Assembly (NCBI GenBank): GCA_937922785.1
Contig: CALAJQ010000016.1
Span: 158,003-222,002 of the forward strand
Origin: an uncultured Acidimicrobiales bacterium
GTDB lineage: Bacteria > Actinomycetota > Acidimicrobiia > Acidimicrobiales > SZUA-35
Direction of reading: 5' to 3'
DNA: 64,000 bases
Shown in pieces: positions 7,783 to 18,105 of the stretch. Below the pieces are notes generated by a model. That model saw nothing but the letters and a program-made list of their open reading frames with translations, was not told the origin of the DNA and did no database searches. The position numbers and the translations under genes were made by a program. How positions within the stretch are numbered: the stretch's first letter is position 1; every line of letters starts with the position of its first letter.

Positions 7783-8493
7783 GTGATTCTGTTTGTGGAC
7801 TATGAACATGTGAATGGTTACGCCTCTGAATGGGGTGAGAAACTGCTGGCGGCCCGGACCAGAATCACTTATCGCCTGGAAGACATCTCAGGTCACCATT
7901 GCATGCTGGTTCGCTACAACAAGCTCACCCACGACCTGCTGGCCACGCTTGATCCCCAAGCTGTGTTCATTAGCGGCAACGGCACAGACCCGACCCGCTA
8001 CAACCAGAACGACCTAGAGACCTTGGGTGAAGTTGTGACTGCGGGCGAGTTGCCAATCTTTGGTTTTTGCGGAGGCTTCCAGTTTCTGGCCGGAGCCCTT
8101 GGCAGCGAACTGAAATCGATCGATCCAAACGTCGAAGCATCTGCCACACACCGGTTGAAGCCGTTCTCAGACGGCAAACTTGGCGAGATGGGTTATCACC
8201 CGGTTCAGCTAACCGCTGACCACGAGCTGCTGGAGGGGATCGACCCTGACCCAGTGTTTCGTCACGCTCATCACCTTGAGGTCCCAGAGCCTCCCGCCGG
8301 GTTCGAGCTGCTTGCGTCGTCACCGGTTACGACAGTACAGATGGCGGTAAATGCCGAGCGGCGGATCGTTGGCACACAGTTTCATCCCGAGTACTACACC
8401 GATGAACACCCTGCCGGACGAACTCTTATCGCCAACTTTTTGTCTTGGGCCGGCGTCCAGCCCGAATCCACAGCGCAGCCCCAGTCCAAATGA
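7783..8493 (+). CDS. class I glutamine amidotransferase-like protein
   Basis: Nucleophile elbow GFCGGFQF and the downstream QFHPE motif of GATase1 domains. GTG start. Confidence 0.75.
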   Translation: MILFVDYEHVNGYASEWGEKLLAARTRITYRLEDISGHHCMLVRYNKLTHDLLATLDPQAVFISGNGTDPTRYNQNDLETLGEVVTAGELPIFGFCGGFQFLAGALGSELKSIDPNVEASATHRLKPFSDGKLGEMGYHPVQLTADHELLEGIDPDPVFRHAHHLEVPEPPAGFELLASSPVTTVQMAVNAERRIVGTQFHPEYYTDEHPAGRTLIANFLSWAGVQPESTAQPQSK

Positions 8494-9239
8494 GCTCTCC
8501 AGATATTAACTATCAGCCCGAGCTCGTTGCTCTGTTTGAGACGCTTGTGAACGTCATGTTCTGTATCAAGAGTGTCGATGGGACCTATCTCGAAGTAAAC
8601 AGCGCCTTCGTTCGCCGTTCAGGCCGGACCTCAAAGCGGGAAGTGATCGGGCGTACGGTCACCGAGATCTTCCACGAAGATCTCGCCGAACGATACGAAG
8701 AGCAAGACAAGTTGGTGTTCGAATCGGGCGAACCCTTACGGGATCAGCTCGAATTGATATGGCGCCCTGACGGATCCTTGGGTTGGTATCTCACCACCAA
8801 GCTTCCAGTGTTCGACAAAACCAACAGCCAAAAGGTTGTGGCGTTGGCCAGCGTCAGCCGTGACCTTCTCATTCCGACCACAGAAAACATCGAACTTGAA
8901 GGCCTTCAACTTTTGGTCGGTTATGTAAAAAGCCATGTGGCCGAGAACATCAAGGTGGCCGATCTCGCCGAAGTTGCCGGTTGTAGTGTTGACCAGCTGG
9001 ACCGACGCATCCGCAAGGTCTTTGGGCTGACACCCAAGCAATATGTGCTCCGAGTCCGAGTGGGCAGAGCGGCTGCGTTGCTGTCAGAAACCGATTTGCC
9101 CCTGTCAGAAGTTGGAGCCACGGTCGGCTTCTACGACCAGTCAGACTTCACCAGACGATTTGCCCGCCTGACCAACCAAACTCCAGCCCAGTTCCGCACG
9201 GCAAGTCGATCAACTAGGGCTGTTTCGCCTAACAACTAG
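8490..9239 (+). CDS. PAS domain-containing AraC family transcriptional regulator
   Basis: The start ATG overlaps the stop of the upstream gene (ATGA at 8490..8493). PAS-like N-terminus (FCIKSVDGTYLEVNSAFVRRSG). C-terminal AraC dual HTH (QYVLRVRVGRAAALL...GFYDQSDFTRRFARL). Confidence 0.85.
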   Translation: MSSPDINYQPELVALFETLVNVMFCIKSVDGTYLEVNSAFVRRSGRTSKREVIGRTVTEIFHEDLAERYEEQDKLVFESGEPLRDQLELIWRPDGSLGWYLTTKLPVFDKTNSQKVVALASVSRDLLIPTTENIELEGLQLLVGYVKSHVAENIKVADLAEVAGCSVDQLDRRIRKVFGLTPKQYVLRVRVGRAAALLSETDLPLSEVGATVGFYDQSDFTRRFARLTNQTPAQFRTASRSTRAVSPNN

Positions 9240-9338
9240 ACAGCTGACCAGCTCATACAGGCCGTTTGGTAGAAAACTGGCTGCCAGCGGCCAGTATCTA
9301 CACAAGACGGATTTGTCCGAATAGGGCAAAATTGAGCC

Positions 9339-12300
9339 ATGTCTGATTTTCCTGGGTCTGATCAGTTCATCGAACCAGCTATTGCCCTGGTCGATGAATG
9401 GTTGCGTAAAGCTGAAGATCTAGAAACACGCCAGGATCGGGCCACGATGTCCCAGTTGGGCGACCTCGTAGCCGACGAAGAGGGCGTCGGCTTTGTGATG
9501 AAGTTTGTTGACCGGGTTGCTAGACCCGATGACAACAAAGTGGCGGCTTCGCAGTTAGCGGCAATCGTGGCCAGCGAGGATCGACTCCCGAAGTTCTTGT
9601 CGCCGATTGACAAGGCGATGTTGACTGTTGGCGCAAAAATCGCTCCTCTGCTTCCCGCAGTTGTTATTCCTCTAGCTCAGCGTCGCATGCGTTCCATCGT
9701 CGGCCATCTTGTTGCACCTGCGGACCCGGTAGCGCTGGGTAAACATCTCGGCACACAACGTGAAGACGGATATGACCTAAACGTAAACATGTTGGGCGAG
9801 GCTGTCTTGGGTGAGAAAGAAGCGAATGCTCGCCTGCAACAACTGATTGGGGTCCTTGAGGTTCCCGACGTTGACTACGTATCGGTCAAATTGTCGGCGA
9901 TCGCCTCGCAGATTAACCACTGGTCTTACCAGTCAAGCCTTGAAAGGGTGAGCCGTCGCCTGGCCGATCTTGTGGATGCAGCAAGCGCTGTTTCGCCTCC
10001 GACGTTTATCAACTTCGATATGGAGGAATACCACGACCTTGAACTCACTGTGGACGCCTTCAAACGAGTCCTCGATGAACCGAACCGCCAGCACCTCGAC
10101 GCCGGCATCGTCCTTCAGGCCTATCTGCCAGATGTCTTCGCCATTCTGCAAGACCTAGTCTCGTGGTCAAACGCTCGAAACGCAGTCGGGGGAGGCACCG
10201 TCAAAATACGCCTGGTTAAGGGCGCAAACCTTGCCATGGAAAAAGTTGACGCCGCCATGCACGGGTGGCCTCAAGCGCCGTTCAGTTCAAAGATCGAATC
10301 CGATGCCAGCTATCGACGGTGTCTTGACTGGGTCCTTACCGAAGAGAATTTGTCCGGGACTCGCCTTGGTCTTGCCAGCCACAATCTGTTCGACGTGGCG
10401 TGGGCCAAGTTGGTGGCCGATTCACGTGACGTAGCAGACCGAGTTCAGTTCGAGATGCTTCAAGGCATGGCGCCGGGTCAAGCCAAAGCCGTCAACTTGG
10501 CAACCGCTTCAGACGCTGCAGGTTCCATGCTCCTCTACACACCGGCTGTAAGTGATGACGACTTCGACGTAGCTATCGGCTACCTGTTCCGACGGTTGGA
10601 AGAGAACGCTGCGCCAGAGAACTTCATGCGCAAACTGTTTGACCTCAAACCAGGTTCTAAGGCCTTTGATGACGAGGCCGCATTCTTCCGTAAGGGGGCA
10701 GAGCTTCGGCACAGTGTCGACCTTTCAGTCCGCAGAACTCAAAACCGAAGTGCACCAAGCCCGCCTCACGACATCAGCCAGCGGTTCAGAAACGAACCCG
10801 ACACTGATCCAAACCTTCCGGCCAATCGGGCGTGGATCGAGTCGCTTCCTAACGCGCCTTTCCAACCTTGCCGAACTGAACTGACCGAAACAGTCCAGGC
10901 TCTTCAGTTCAAGATTGACCAAGGTCGAAGCGGGGCCGCAAAGTGGGCGGCCGTTGACCCTGCCGAACGCCGAGTGATTCTTCACCGAGTTGGCGACGAG
11001 CTGGCCAAGCGTCGTGGCGATTTCATCTCAACAATGATGCACGAAGCCTCAAAGACAATTTCCGAAGGTGACAACGAGGTCTCTGAGGCGATCGACTTTG
11101 CCCGTTGGTATGCCGACCGAGGAGTTGAACTGAACCAAGTTGATGGTGCTTCTTTTGATCCGCACGGACTTGTCGCAGTTGTTCCGCCGTGGAACTTCCC
11201 AACTGCAATTGTGGCCGGAGGTGTGCTTTCGTCCCTCGCAGCAGGCAACGGCGTGATTCTGAAACCAGCCCCGGAAACTCCTCGGACTGCCGAAATCGTT
11301 GCCGAGGCTTGTTGGGCCGGGGGAGTGCCCGTTGACGCTATGCAGTTCGTACGAACCCCTGACAACGAAGTTGGTCAACACCTGGTTGAATCGGCCGACG
11401 CGGTGATCCTTACAGGATCAACTGAGACTGCGGACCTCTTCCGTTCCTGGAACCCGAAGCTCAAGCTATATGCCGAGACTTCGGGCAAGAACGCTTTGAT
11501 TATCACCCCCAGTGCTGATCTAGACCTTGCAGCGGAGCATCTAGTCCGGTCCGCATTTGGGCACGCCGGACAGAAATGCTCTGCAGCCAGCCTGGCAATT
11601 TTGGTTGGCGACGTTGCGACCTCAGACCGATTCCGCCGCCAACTTCGTGACGCTGTGACCAGCCTGGGTGTTGGCTCGCCTACAGACCTTGACACTGACA
11701 TCGCACCTCTTGTTGGCGGTGTGAACGATCGCCTTGGCAGAGCCTCAGAAACTCTGGAGCCCGGGGAGTCTTGGTTGGTCGAACCAAAGCTCGTAGACGG
11801 CGCGATGTCGCCTGGTGTTCGCGACGGCGTGAAGGTCGGGTCTTGGTTCCATCAGACCGAGTGCTTCGGCCCCGTGCTAGGGCTTATGGCCGCTGAAAGT
11901 CTGGATGACGCAATCGGTATCGCCAACTCCAGCTCGTTCGGTCTGACAGGAGGCATTCACACCTTGGACCCGAACGAGGCCATCCACTGGGCCGAGCGAA
12001 TCGAGATTGGCAACGGCTACGTCAATCGGCCTATCACCGGAGCCATTGTCCAACGCCAACCTTTCGGAGGTTGGAAGCGAAGCTCGGTCGGGCCGGGGGC
12101 AAAAGCGGGTGGCCCCAACTATCTAATGCAACTGGGAATCTGGACTGCAGACGAGTCCCTTGACGATGACTATCAGCAGCAGTGGAACACCCATTTCTCA
12201 AGATCACACGACGACACGGCCTTGTTCTGCGAGGCAAATATCTTCCGGTACCGCGCCCTGCCTGCGGTCGGCGTCTGCCTCAACGAAGAGTCAGACCCGG

Positions 12301-12620
12301 CCGAGGTTGCGCTGGTACGCAAAGCCGCAGCAATTGCGGGCGTGCCGGTTACCGAGATCAGACCCGAATCCAGCACGAGCACTTCTTGGGTCAAATCGAT
12401 GCGGACTGCTGGTATCGAGCGAGTGCGAATGGTCGGGGTAGAAGTGACGCCGGAAATGGCTTCGGCTGCAAACGAGCTGGGCGTGAGATTGGCCGACGAG
12501 GCAGTAACACCGGCGGGTCGTGTGGAGCTTCAGCACTACGTTCGTGAGCAGGCTATGTCTGTAACCTTGCACAGGTTTGGCAACCTGGTAGGAGCCGAAA
12601 AGCTAGCCAACTTGCCCTAA
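9339..12620 (+). CDS. putA: bifunctional proline dehydrogenase / L-glutamate gamma-semialdehyde dehydrogenase
   Basis: 1093 aa. PRODH barrel motifs (VSVKLSAI, NFDMEEY, GIVLQAYL, IRLVKGAN) followed by an ALDH domain with FGHAGQKCSAAS and ETSGKNA. Confidence 0.9.
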   Translation: MSDFPGSDQFIEPAIALVDEWLRKAEDLETRQDRATMSQLGDLVADEEGVGFVMKFVDRVARPDDNKVAASQLAAIVASEDRLPKFLSPIDKAMLTVGAKIAPLLPAVVIPLAQRRMRSIVGHLVAPADPVALGKHLGTQREDGYDLNVNMLGEAVLGEKEANARLQQLIGVLEVPDVDYVSVKLSAIASQINHWSYQSSLERVSRRLADLVDAASAVSPPTFINFDMEEYHDLELTVDAFKRVLDEPNRQHLDAGIVLQAYLPDVFAILQDLVSWSNARNAVGGGTVKIRLVKGANLAMEKVDAAMHGWPQAPFSSKIESDASYRRCLDWVLTEENLSGTRLGLASHNLFDVAWAKLVADSRDVADRVQFEMLQGMAPGQAKAVNLATASDAAGSMLLYTPAVSDDDFDVAIGYLFRRLEENAAPENFMRKLFDLKPGSKAFDDEAAFFRKGAELRHSVDLSVRRTQNRSAPSPPHDISQRFRNEPDTDPNLPANRAWIESLPNAPFQPCRTELTETVQALQFKIDQGRSGAAKWAAVDPAERRVILHRVGDELAKRRGDFISTMMHEASKTISEGDNEVSEAIDFARWYADRGVELNQVDGASFDPHGLVAVVPPWNFPTAIVAGGVLSSLAAGNGVILKPAPETPRTAEIVAEACWAGGVPVDAMQFVRTPDNEVGQHLVESADAVILTGSTETADLFRSWNPKLKLYAETSGKNALIITPSADLDLAAEHLVRSAFGHAGQKCSAASLAILVGDVATSDRFRRQLRDAVTSLGVGSPTDLDTDIAPLVGGVNDRLGRASETLEPGESWLVEPKLVDGAMSPGVRDGVKVGSWFHQTECFGPVLGLMAAESLDDAIGIANSSSFGLTGGIHTLDPNEAIHWAERIEIGNGYVNRPITGAIVQRQPFGGWKRSSVGPGAKAGGPNYLMQLGIWTADESLDDDYQQQWNTHFSRSHDDTALFCEANIFRYRALPAVGVCLNEESDPAEVALVRKAAAIAGVPVTEIRPESSTSTSWVKSMRTAGIERVRMVGVEVTPEMASAANELGVRLADEAVTPAGRVELQHYVREQAMSVTLHRFGNLVGAEKLANLP

Positions 12621-12636
12621 CCGACAGCTCTCAGGG

Positions 12637-12666
12637 TCGACATGGCCACAACCTGTGGTCGGTCGA
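12637..12666 (+). terminator. interrupted hairpin downstream of putA
   Basis: TCGAC-AT-GGCCACA-ACC-TGTGGTC-G-GTCGA (5 + 7 bp), 17 nt after the putA stop. No U-tract. Confidence 0.35.
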
Positions 12667-12706
12667 ATTATCCTGGCTCAGATCGCTTCGCTAATAAGGA
12701 TGTTTG

Positions 12707-13657
12707 ATGGCCGGTGGACTAGTTGGATTGCTCGATGATATTGCTGCGCTTGCCAAGCTTGCCGCGGCCTCAATCGACGATGTTGGAGCGGCCGCTGGAC
12801 GAGCCAGCGCAAAGGCTGCGGGCGTCGTAGTCGACGACACGGCGGTAACCCCGGCCTACGTGCAGGGTCTTGCCGCCGATCGTGAGCTGCCGATCATCAA
12901 GAAGATTGCGATCGGTTCTCTGCGTAACAAGCTGGTGTTCATCATCCCGATCGCTTTGATACTGAGTGAGATTTCACTGACGCTTATCGAAGTGATCTTG
13001 ATGTTCGGCGGAACCTATCTGTGTTTCGAGGGCGCGGAGAAGATCTATCACAAGCTCAAAGGCGGCGATCACTCTCACGACGTGCCCGTTGTAGTGCAAG
13101 GTCCGGAGGCAGAGAAGAAAGTGATTGCCGGCGCCGTGCGGACTGACCTGATCCTGTCAGCGGAGATCATGGTGATTTCACTGAAGGAAGTCATCGAGGA
13201 GGGTCTGCTTTCCCGAACCGTGATTCTGATTGTGGTTGCACTGATGATCACAGCGATTGTTTACGGCGTAGTCGCTTTGATCGTAAAGATGGACGACATC
13301 GGATTGTCCCTGGCCGATAACGAGTCGGAATCGTCCCAAAAATTTGGCCGCTCATTGGTTTGGGCGATGCCGGTACTGCTGAAGTGGCTGACCATCATCG
13401 GAACTGCCGCAATGCTTTGGGTGGGCGGCCACATTCTGGTGGTTGGCAGTCATGAGCTTGGTTGGGACGGGCTCTATGACATCGTGCACGGAGCCGAAGA
13501 GGCAGTGGCCGATGTCGGCGGAATCGGTGGGGTCTTGGCCTGGCTTGTTAACACCGCATTGTCGGCGGTGGTTGGTCTGATTGTGGGCTTCATCGTGGTA
13601 GCGATAGTGTCGCGGCTCCACGGCGACTCACACGAAGAGGTCGCCGCCGCTCACTGA
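12707..13657 (+). CDS. DUF808 (YedI-like) inner membrane protein
   Basis: N-terminus M(M)AGGLVGLLDDIAALAKLAAASIDDV is characteristic of DUF808. Several TM helices. The track ORF starts one codon earlier (TTG 12704). Confidence 0.75.
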   Translation: MAGGLVGLLDDIAALAKLAAASIDDVGAAAGRASAKAAGVVVDDTAVTPAYVQGLAADRELPIIKKIAIGSLRNKLVFIIPIALILSEISLTLIEVILMFGGTYLCFEGAEKIYHKLKGGDHSHDVPVVVQGPEAEKKVIAGAVRTDLILSAEIMVISLKEVIEEGLLSRTVILIVVALMITAIVYGVVALIVKMDDIGLSLADNESESSQKFGRSLVWAMPVLLKWLTIIGTAAMLWVGGHILVVGSHELGWDGLYDIVHGAEEAVADVGGIGGVLAWLVNTALSAVVGLIVGFIVVAIVSRLHGDSHEEVAAAH

Positions 13658-13713
13658 TTGGTTAACACTGATCAGTTGATACGGGTTAGTTGACAAACTA
13701 GGGAAGCGACACC

Positions 13714-14646
13714 ATGGGTCAGAAAATGCGAGCCGCAGTAATTGGCTCTGGGAACATCGGCACGGATCTGCTGATCAAGTCGAAACGCACCACCGACCAG
13801 ATCGAGATCATCGCAATGGTTGGTATCGACCCAGAGTCCGATGGGCTCGCCCGGGCCGAACGCCTTGGTGTCGCCACCACTTCTGACGGCATCGATGGGC
13901 TGGTTGCCATGGATGAGTTCGCTGACGTTGAGTTGGTCTTTGATGCAACCTCGGCTGGCGCGCATGAGCGTCACAACGAAGTCCTCCAAGCTGCGGGCAA
14001 ACGGATTCTGGATCTGACCCCGGCTGCGATCGGACCTTACGTAGTTCCGCCGGTCAACGGCGCCGATCATCTAGACGCTCCGAACATCAACATGGTCACC
14101 TGCGGAGGGCAGGCAACTGTTCCGATGATCGCTGCGGTTAACCGGGTCGCCCCGGTTGTTTACGGAGAGATCGTCTCGTCAATTTCGTCCCGCTCAGCCG
14201 GCCCTGGAACCCGGGCCAATATTGACGAGTTCACCGAAACAACATCCAAGGCAATCACTGCGGTTGGCGGAGCTCAGATGGGTAAGGCAATCATCGTGCT
14301 TAACCCGGCCGAGCCGCCGCTGATAATGCGCAACACGGTGTTCACCTTGATTGAAGGCGGGGAGCCCGAAGAGATTGACCTTTCAATCAAAGAGATGGTC
14401 GCTTCAGTTAACTCTTACGTGCCTGGATATCGCTTAAAGCAGGAAGTTCAGTTCGAACCAATTGACGACAAGTCGCCGGTTCGAATCCCCGAACTTGACC
14501 GTAAGTTCACGGGCTGGAAGGTGAGCATCTTCCTTGAAGTGGAGGGTGCTGGTCATTACCTGCCCAATTACGCTGGAAATCTAGACATCATGACAAGTGC
14601 GGCCCTCAAGACGGCTGAAGCAATTCACACCGGCGGTGTGTCATGA
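13714..14646 (+). CDS. mhpF: acetaldehyde dehydrogenase (acetylating)
   Basis: [16 protein letters not shown] Rossmann N-terminus, catalytic region [12 protein letters not shown], about 310 aa. 4-nt overlap with the aldolase gene. Confidence 0.92.
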   Translation: MGQKMRAAVIGSGNIGTDLLIKSKRTTDQIEIIAMVGIDPESDGLARAERLGVATTSDGIDGLVAMDEFADVELVFDATSAGAHERHNEVLQAAGKRILDLTPAAIGPYVVPPVNGADHLDAPNINMVTCGGQATVPMIAAVNRVAPVVYGEIVSSISSRSAGPGTRANIDEFTETTSKAITAVGGAQMGKAIIVLNPAEPPLIMRNTVFTLIEGGEPEEIDLSIKEMVASVNSYVPGYRLKQEVQFEPIDDKSPVRIPELDRKFTGWKVSIFLEVEGAGHYLPNYAGNLDIMTSAALKTAEAIHTGGVS

Positions 14647-15659
14647 CCAAGATCTATGTTCAAGACGTGACCTTGCGTGATGGGATGCATGCCATCCGTC
14701 ATCAATACGGCCTGGAAAGTGTTCGTGAGATCGCTAAAGCGATCGAAGCAGCGGGGTGTGATGCGATAGAAGTTGCACACGGTGACGGCCTCTCTGGATC
14801 GTCGTTTAACTACGGCTTTGGTGCCTTTACCGACTGGCAGTGGCTGGAAGAAGTTGCCGACGTCTTAGACAAGTGCATCCTCACCACACTGTTGTTGCCT
14901 GGTATCGGAACGATTGAAGACCTTGAGCGAGCACACGATCTAGGGGTGAAGTCGGTCCGGGTCGCAACCCATTGCACCGAAGCCGATGTGGCCATTCAGC
15001 ACATCGGCAAGGCCAGAGATCTTGGCATGGATGTGGCGGGATTCTTGATGATGTCTCACCTAAATGAACCCGAGCCTTTGGCCCAACAAGCCAAGATTAT
15101 GGAAGACGCTGGCGCTCACTGTGTTTACATCACTGACTCTGGCGGACGGCTCACCATGGGTGACGTTCGGGCCCGCATGCGCGCGTACAAAGAAGTGCTC
15201 AAACCTGAAACTCAGATCGGCATTCATGCCCACCACAACCTCACGTTTGGCGTGGCCAACTCTGTGGTGGCGGTGGAGGAAGGCTGTTACCGGGTTGACG
15301 CCTCGCTTGCCGGAATGGGTGCAGGCGCTGGCAACTGTCCAATCGAGGCGTTCATCGCGGTAGCCAACCTCGAAGGGTGGGAGCATGGTTGCGATGTCTC
15401 GATGCTTATGGATGCGGCAGAAGACATCGTGCGTCCGCTGCAGGATCGGCCCGTCAGGGTTGACCGGGAAACGCTTAGTCTTGGTTACGCCGGGGTGTAC
15501 AGCAGCTTCCTGCGCCATGCTGAAAGCGCCGCCGAGCGGTACGGCCTCGACACACGTGACATTCTGATGGAATTGGGCGCCCGCAAGATGGTGGGCGGTC
15601 AAGAAGACATGATCGTAGACGTTGCCCTAGACATGACAAAGGCCCGAGACGCCAGCTAG
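14643..15659 (+). CDS. mhpE: 4-hydroxy-2-oxovalerate aldolase
   Basis: [36 protein letters not shown] motifs of the DmpG/MhpE family. Coupled to mhpF. Confidence 0.92.
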   Translation: MTKIYVQDVTLRDGMHAIRHQYGLESVREIAKAIEAAGCDAIEVAHGDGLSGSSFNYGFGAFTDWQWLEEVADVLDKCILTTLLLPGIGTIEDLERAHDLGVKSVRVATHCTEADVAIQHIGKARDLGMDVAGFLMMSHLNEPEPLAQQAKIMEDAGAHCVYITDSGGRLTMGDVRARMRAYKEVLKPETQIGIHAHHNLTFGVANSVVAVEEGCYRVDASLAGMGAGAGNCPIEAFIAVANLEGWEHGCDVSMLMDAAEDIVRPLQDRPVRVDRETLSLGYAGVYSSFLRHAESAAERYGLDTRDILMELGARKMVGGQEDMIVDVALDMTKARDAS

Positions 15660-15665
15660 TTGACC

Positions 15666-15697
15666 GCACTTAGTTAACACTGCACTTAGTTAACACT
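15666..15697. repeat. 16-nt perfect tandem duplication (GCACTTAGTTAACACT x2)
   Basis: Lies in the 26-nt gap between the convergent mhpE and acyl-CoA ligase genes, and the second unit covers the ligase stop codon. GTTAACACTG also occurs at 13661..13670 upstream of mhpF. Confidence 0.85.
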
Positions 15698-17290
15698 GCG
15701 CTCTTTACCTTCCCAGTAGGGCGCTCGCAGCTCTGTCTTGAGGATCTTGCCTGATGGGTTCCGAGGGAGAGCGTCAACCCAGTCCACCGACTTAGGGCAC
15801 TTGTATGACGCCAGGTTCTCACGGGCGTAGCTGTGCAGATCCGCCTCGGTCAGATCACCGCCGGCCTTCACGATGATCGCCTTAACTGACTCGCCCCACT
15901 TCTCATCGGGCACGCCGATTACTGCAACATCGGCGATTGCAGGGTGCTTCATCAAGGCGTTCTCTATCTCTGCGGGGTAGATGTTCTCGCCGCCTGAGAT
16001 AATCATGTCTTTGACCCGATCATGTATGAACAGGTAGCCGTCGTTCATGTAGCCAGCGTCACCTGTTCGGAACCAGCCGTCTTCACTAATAGCGGCGGCG
16101 GTGGCTTCGGGGTTCTTCCAGTAACCCTTCATAACTTGGGCAGAACGCACCCAGACTTCGCCCACTTCCCCTTCGGCTACGTCCTTTAAAGACGCCGTGT
16201 CAACGATGCGAAGTTCAACGTCACCCCAAGGCTTTCCTGCGGCTCGCAGCAGATGGGCTTTGCCACCGGCAGGGTCGTGATCGATCGGGTCGAGTTGAGC
16301 CACACCTCCGGTTGTCTCAGTGAGACCATAGGCCTGAACAAAATCGCATTTGAACATTTCCATCGATCCGACCAGAACTTGTTCGGTGATGGGCGACGCT
16401 CCATAGACAACAGCTTCCATCGAGCTGAAATCGGCCTCAGCTGCGGCAGGGACAGCCAAAATGAACTGCAGGACTGCTGGCACAAGAAGCGCGTGGGTGA
16501 TCGAGTGTTTCTGAATCAGTTCCACAATCTCAGCCGGATCCACCTCACGAGCGATGACGGTTTGGGCGCCGCTGAACATGCCTGCCAGTCCCCAGCCGCT
16601 CCCGGCAATATGGAATAGCGGCATGGCTACCAAGTTCACTGCGTTCTGGTGAAGCTGCCATCCCTCTACGCCGATCCTCATCGTCCAAGTAAAGTTGCGG
16701 TTTGTGATCTCGACGCCCTTGGGAAGGCCGGTGGTGCCCGAGGTATAGAGCTGGTAGCACGTGTCTTCGGGGCCAATCTCTGGCGGATCAGCTAACGGCT
16801 CTGCCGGGTTTTGGGCGACCCACTGTGCGTACTTGGGATGTTCGGCACCGCTGGTTTCAGTTGTGGTTTCATCGGTGGCTTCACCTTGCACGTGTTCATC
16901 AATAACCACAACAAGCTTGGTCGTGGTGAGGTTCATCTTTGTTAGGTGACTGAGGAACTCGGCGCCTACGAACAAAGCCTTGGCCTCTGAGTTATTAATG
17001 ATGAACTCCATCTCTGGCGGAGCGAGTCTCCAGTTGACCGCAACAGACACGGCATTCAGCTTGGCGCCACCAAAAAGCAGCGGGAAGTACTCGGGAACGT
17101 TCCGATCCAGGAAGGCCACCCTGTCACCGGGGCCGATGCCGGCCGCTCGAAGCCCGTGGGCCACTTGCATTGATTCGCCTTCGATTTCACTGAAGGTCCA
17201 CTGCCTGTCTCCAGCGATCATTGCCACTTTGTCAGGAGTCTTGCCTGCCCAGTGGCTAGCAAAGTCGGCTAGTACGTTGATGCCTTCCAT
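15686..17290 (-). CDS. AMP-dependent synthetase/ligase (acyl-CoA ligase, FadD-like)
   Basis: AMP-binding signature LYTSGTTGLPKGV, TGDAGYMNDGYLFIHDRVKDMI, and a C-terminal K in PSGKILK. Confidence 0.88.
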   Translation of the reverse strand: MEGINVLADFASHWAGKTPDKVAMIAGDRQWTFSEIEGESMQVAHGLRAAGIGPGDRVAFLDRNVPEYFPLLFGGAKLNAVSVAVNWRLAPPEMEFIINNSEAKALFVGAEFLSHLTKMNLTTTKLVVVIDEHVQGEATDETTTETSGAEHPKYAQWVAQNPAEPLADPPEIGPEDTCYQLYTSGTTGLPKGVEITNRNFTWTMRIGVEGWQLHQNAVNLVAMPLFHIAGSGWGLAGMFSGAQTVIAREVDPAEIVELIQKHSITHALLVPAVLQFILAVPAAAEADFSSMEAVVYGASPITEQVLVGSMEMFKCDFVQAYGLTETTGGVAQLDPIDHDPAGGKAHLLRAAGKPWGDVELRIVDTASLKDVAEGEVGEVWVRSAQVMKGYWKNPEATAAAISEDGWFRTGDAGYMNDGYLFIHDRVKDMIISGGENIYPAEIENALMKHPAIADVAVIGVPDEKWGESVKAIIVKAGGDLTEADLHSYARENLASYKCPKSVDWVDALPRNPSGKILKTELRAPYWEGKERSVN

Positions 17291-17316
17291 CGGCCAAAGC
17301 TAGTTGGCGCGAAGTC

Positions 17317-17979
17317 CTAGTAAAAACGCAACGCCGCGGTTAGCCGGGATACCCATTCCAAGTCGGCGGTGGAGTTCTGATGTGTGTAGATAAATCGTAG
17401 GTTGTTAAGCATGCGGCCCAGGATCGCCTTGGGGCCGACTGTTTGTAGGTGTTCTGGCATCAACACTGCGGCATCTCCGTGGAGCTGGTGAAAGAACTGG
17501 TCGATGTCATCGTGGTGTCGAATCGCGCCAGCGTGAAACGGGTCGAACCAAACACCACGCGCTTCAGGGCTAGACAGCAAGAAGTGGCCCGGCATCGAAA
17601 CCCCTTCTAGCGCGATGTCTAAGCGTTGTCCGATTGCGATCGCCAGGGTCGACAAAGTTATTGGATTGCCACGATGGTGTTTCAACACAGACGGAAGCAG
17701 CGAGTTGTCAGGGTCGTAGTAGTTGCCGATGTTGCCCGAGAATTCGCCCGACCCGAACAACGCAAGCATCAGCTCGTGTGGCGTTTCCGCCTCCACAGCG
17801 GCGGCCACTTCGTTAAGTCGTTCCTCGGTTGCGTATACAAGCTCCATGCCGTCGAGATCGTCAGCGTCCTCCGTCGCAGTAATGATTGCCATCGCTCCGA
17901 TTACGAGGGCTCCGGTCTCAACCGCTTGTGGCCCCTCGCCCCGGCCCGCCTCAGCGAAAGCTCCAATCAGATCATTCAA
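17317..17979 (-). CDS. SirB1/transglutaminase-like family protein
   Basis: GNIGNYYDPDNSLLPSVLKHHRGNPITLSTL...GVSMPGHFLL...DPFHAG, a pattern typical of the SirB1 N-terminal / transglutaminase-like family. Confidence 0.6.
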   Translation of the reverse strand: MNDLIGAFAEAGRGEGPQAVETGALVIGAMAIITATEDADDLDGMELVYATEERLNEVAAAVEAETPHELMLALFGSGEFSGNIGNYYDPDNSLLPSVLKHHRGNPITLSTLAIAIGQRLDIALEGVSMPGHFLLSSPEARGVWFDPFHAGAIRHHDDIDQFFHQLHGDAAVLMPEHLQTVGPKAILGRMLNNLRFIYTHQNSTADLEWVSRLTAALRFY

Positions 17980-18105
17980 AATTCGCTCTCATTCTTGTGA
18001 CATCTAGGTTCGCGTGCGACCGCGCCGCTTGCGTGCAACGGTAGCTGGCCAGAACGATCAGCTAAGCGCTCGACACGGATATCTTGAGCCGACTACGTTG
18101 CCGAT

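Noticed and set aside
14478-14488. GGTTCGAATCC, identical to a tRNA T-arm consensus
   Set aside because: It lies inside the well-conserved mhpF reading frame (PVRIPELD). No acceptor, D or anticodon arms can be drawn around it.
15666-15697. Short tandem repeats (here and at 33866, 47049, 56715) as CRISPR arrays
   Set aside because: There are only two units each, with spacers of 0 to 7 nt, no cas genes and different repeat sequences. They do not fit CRISPR architecture.
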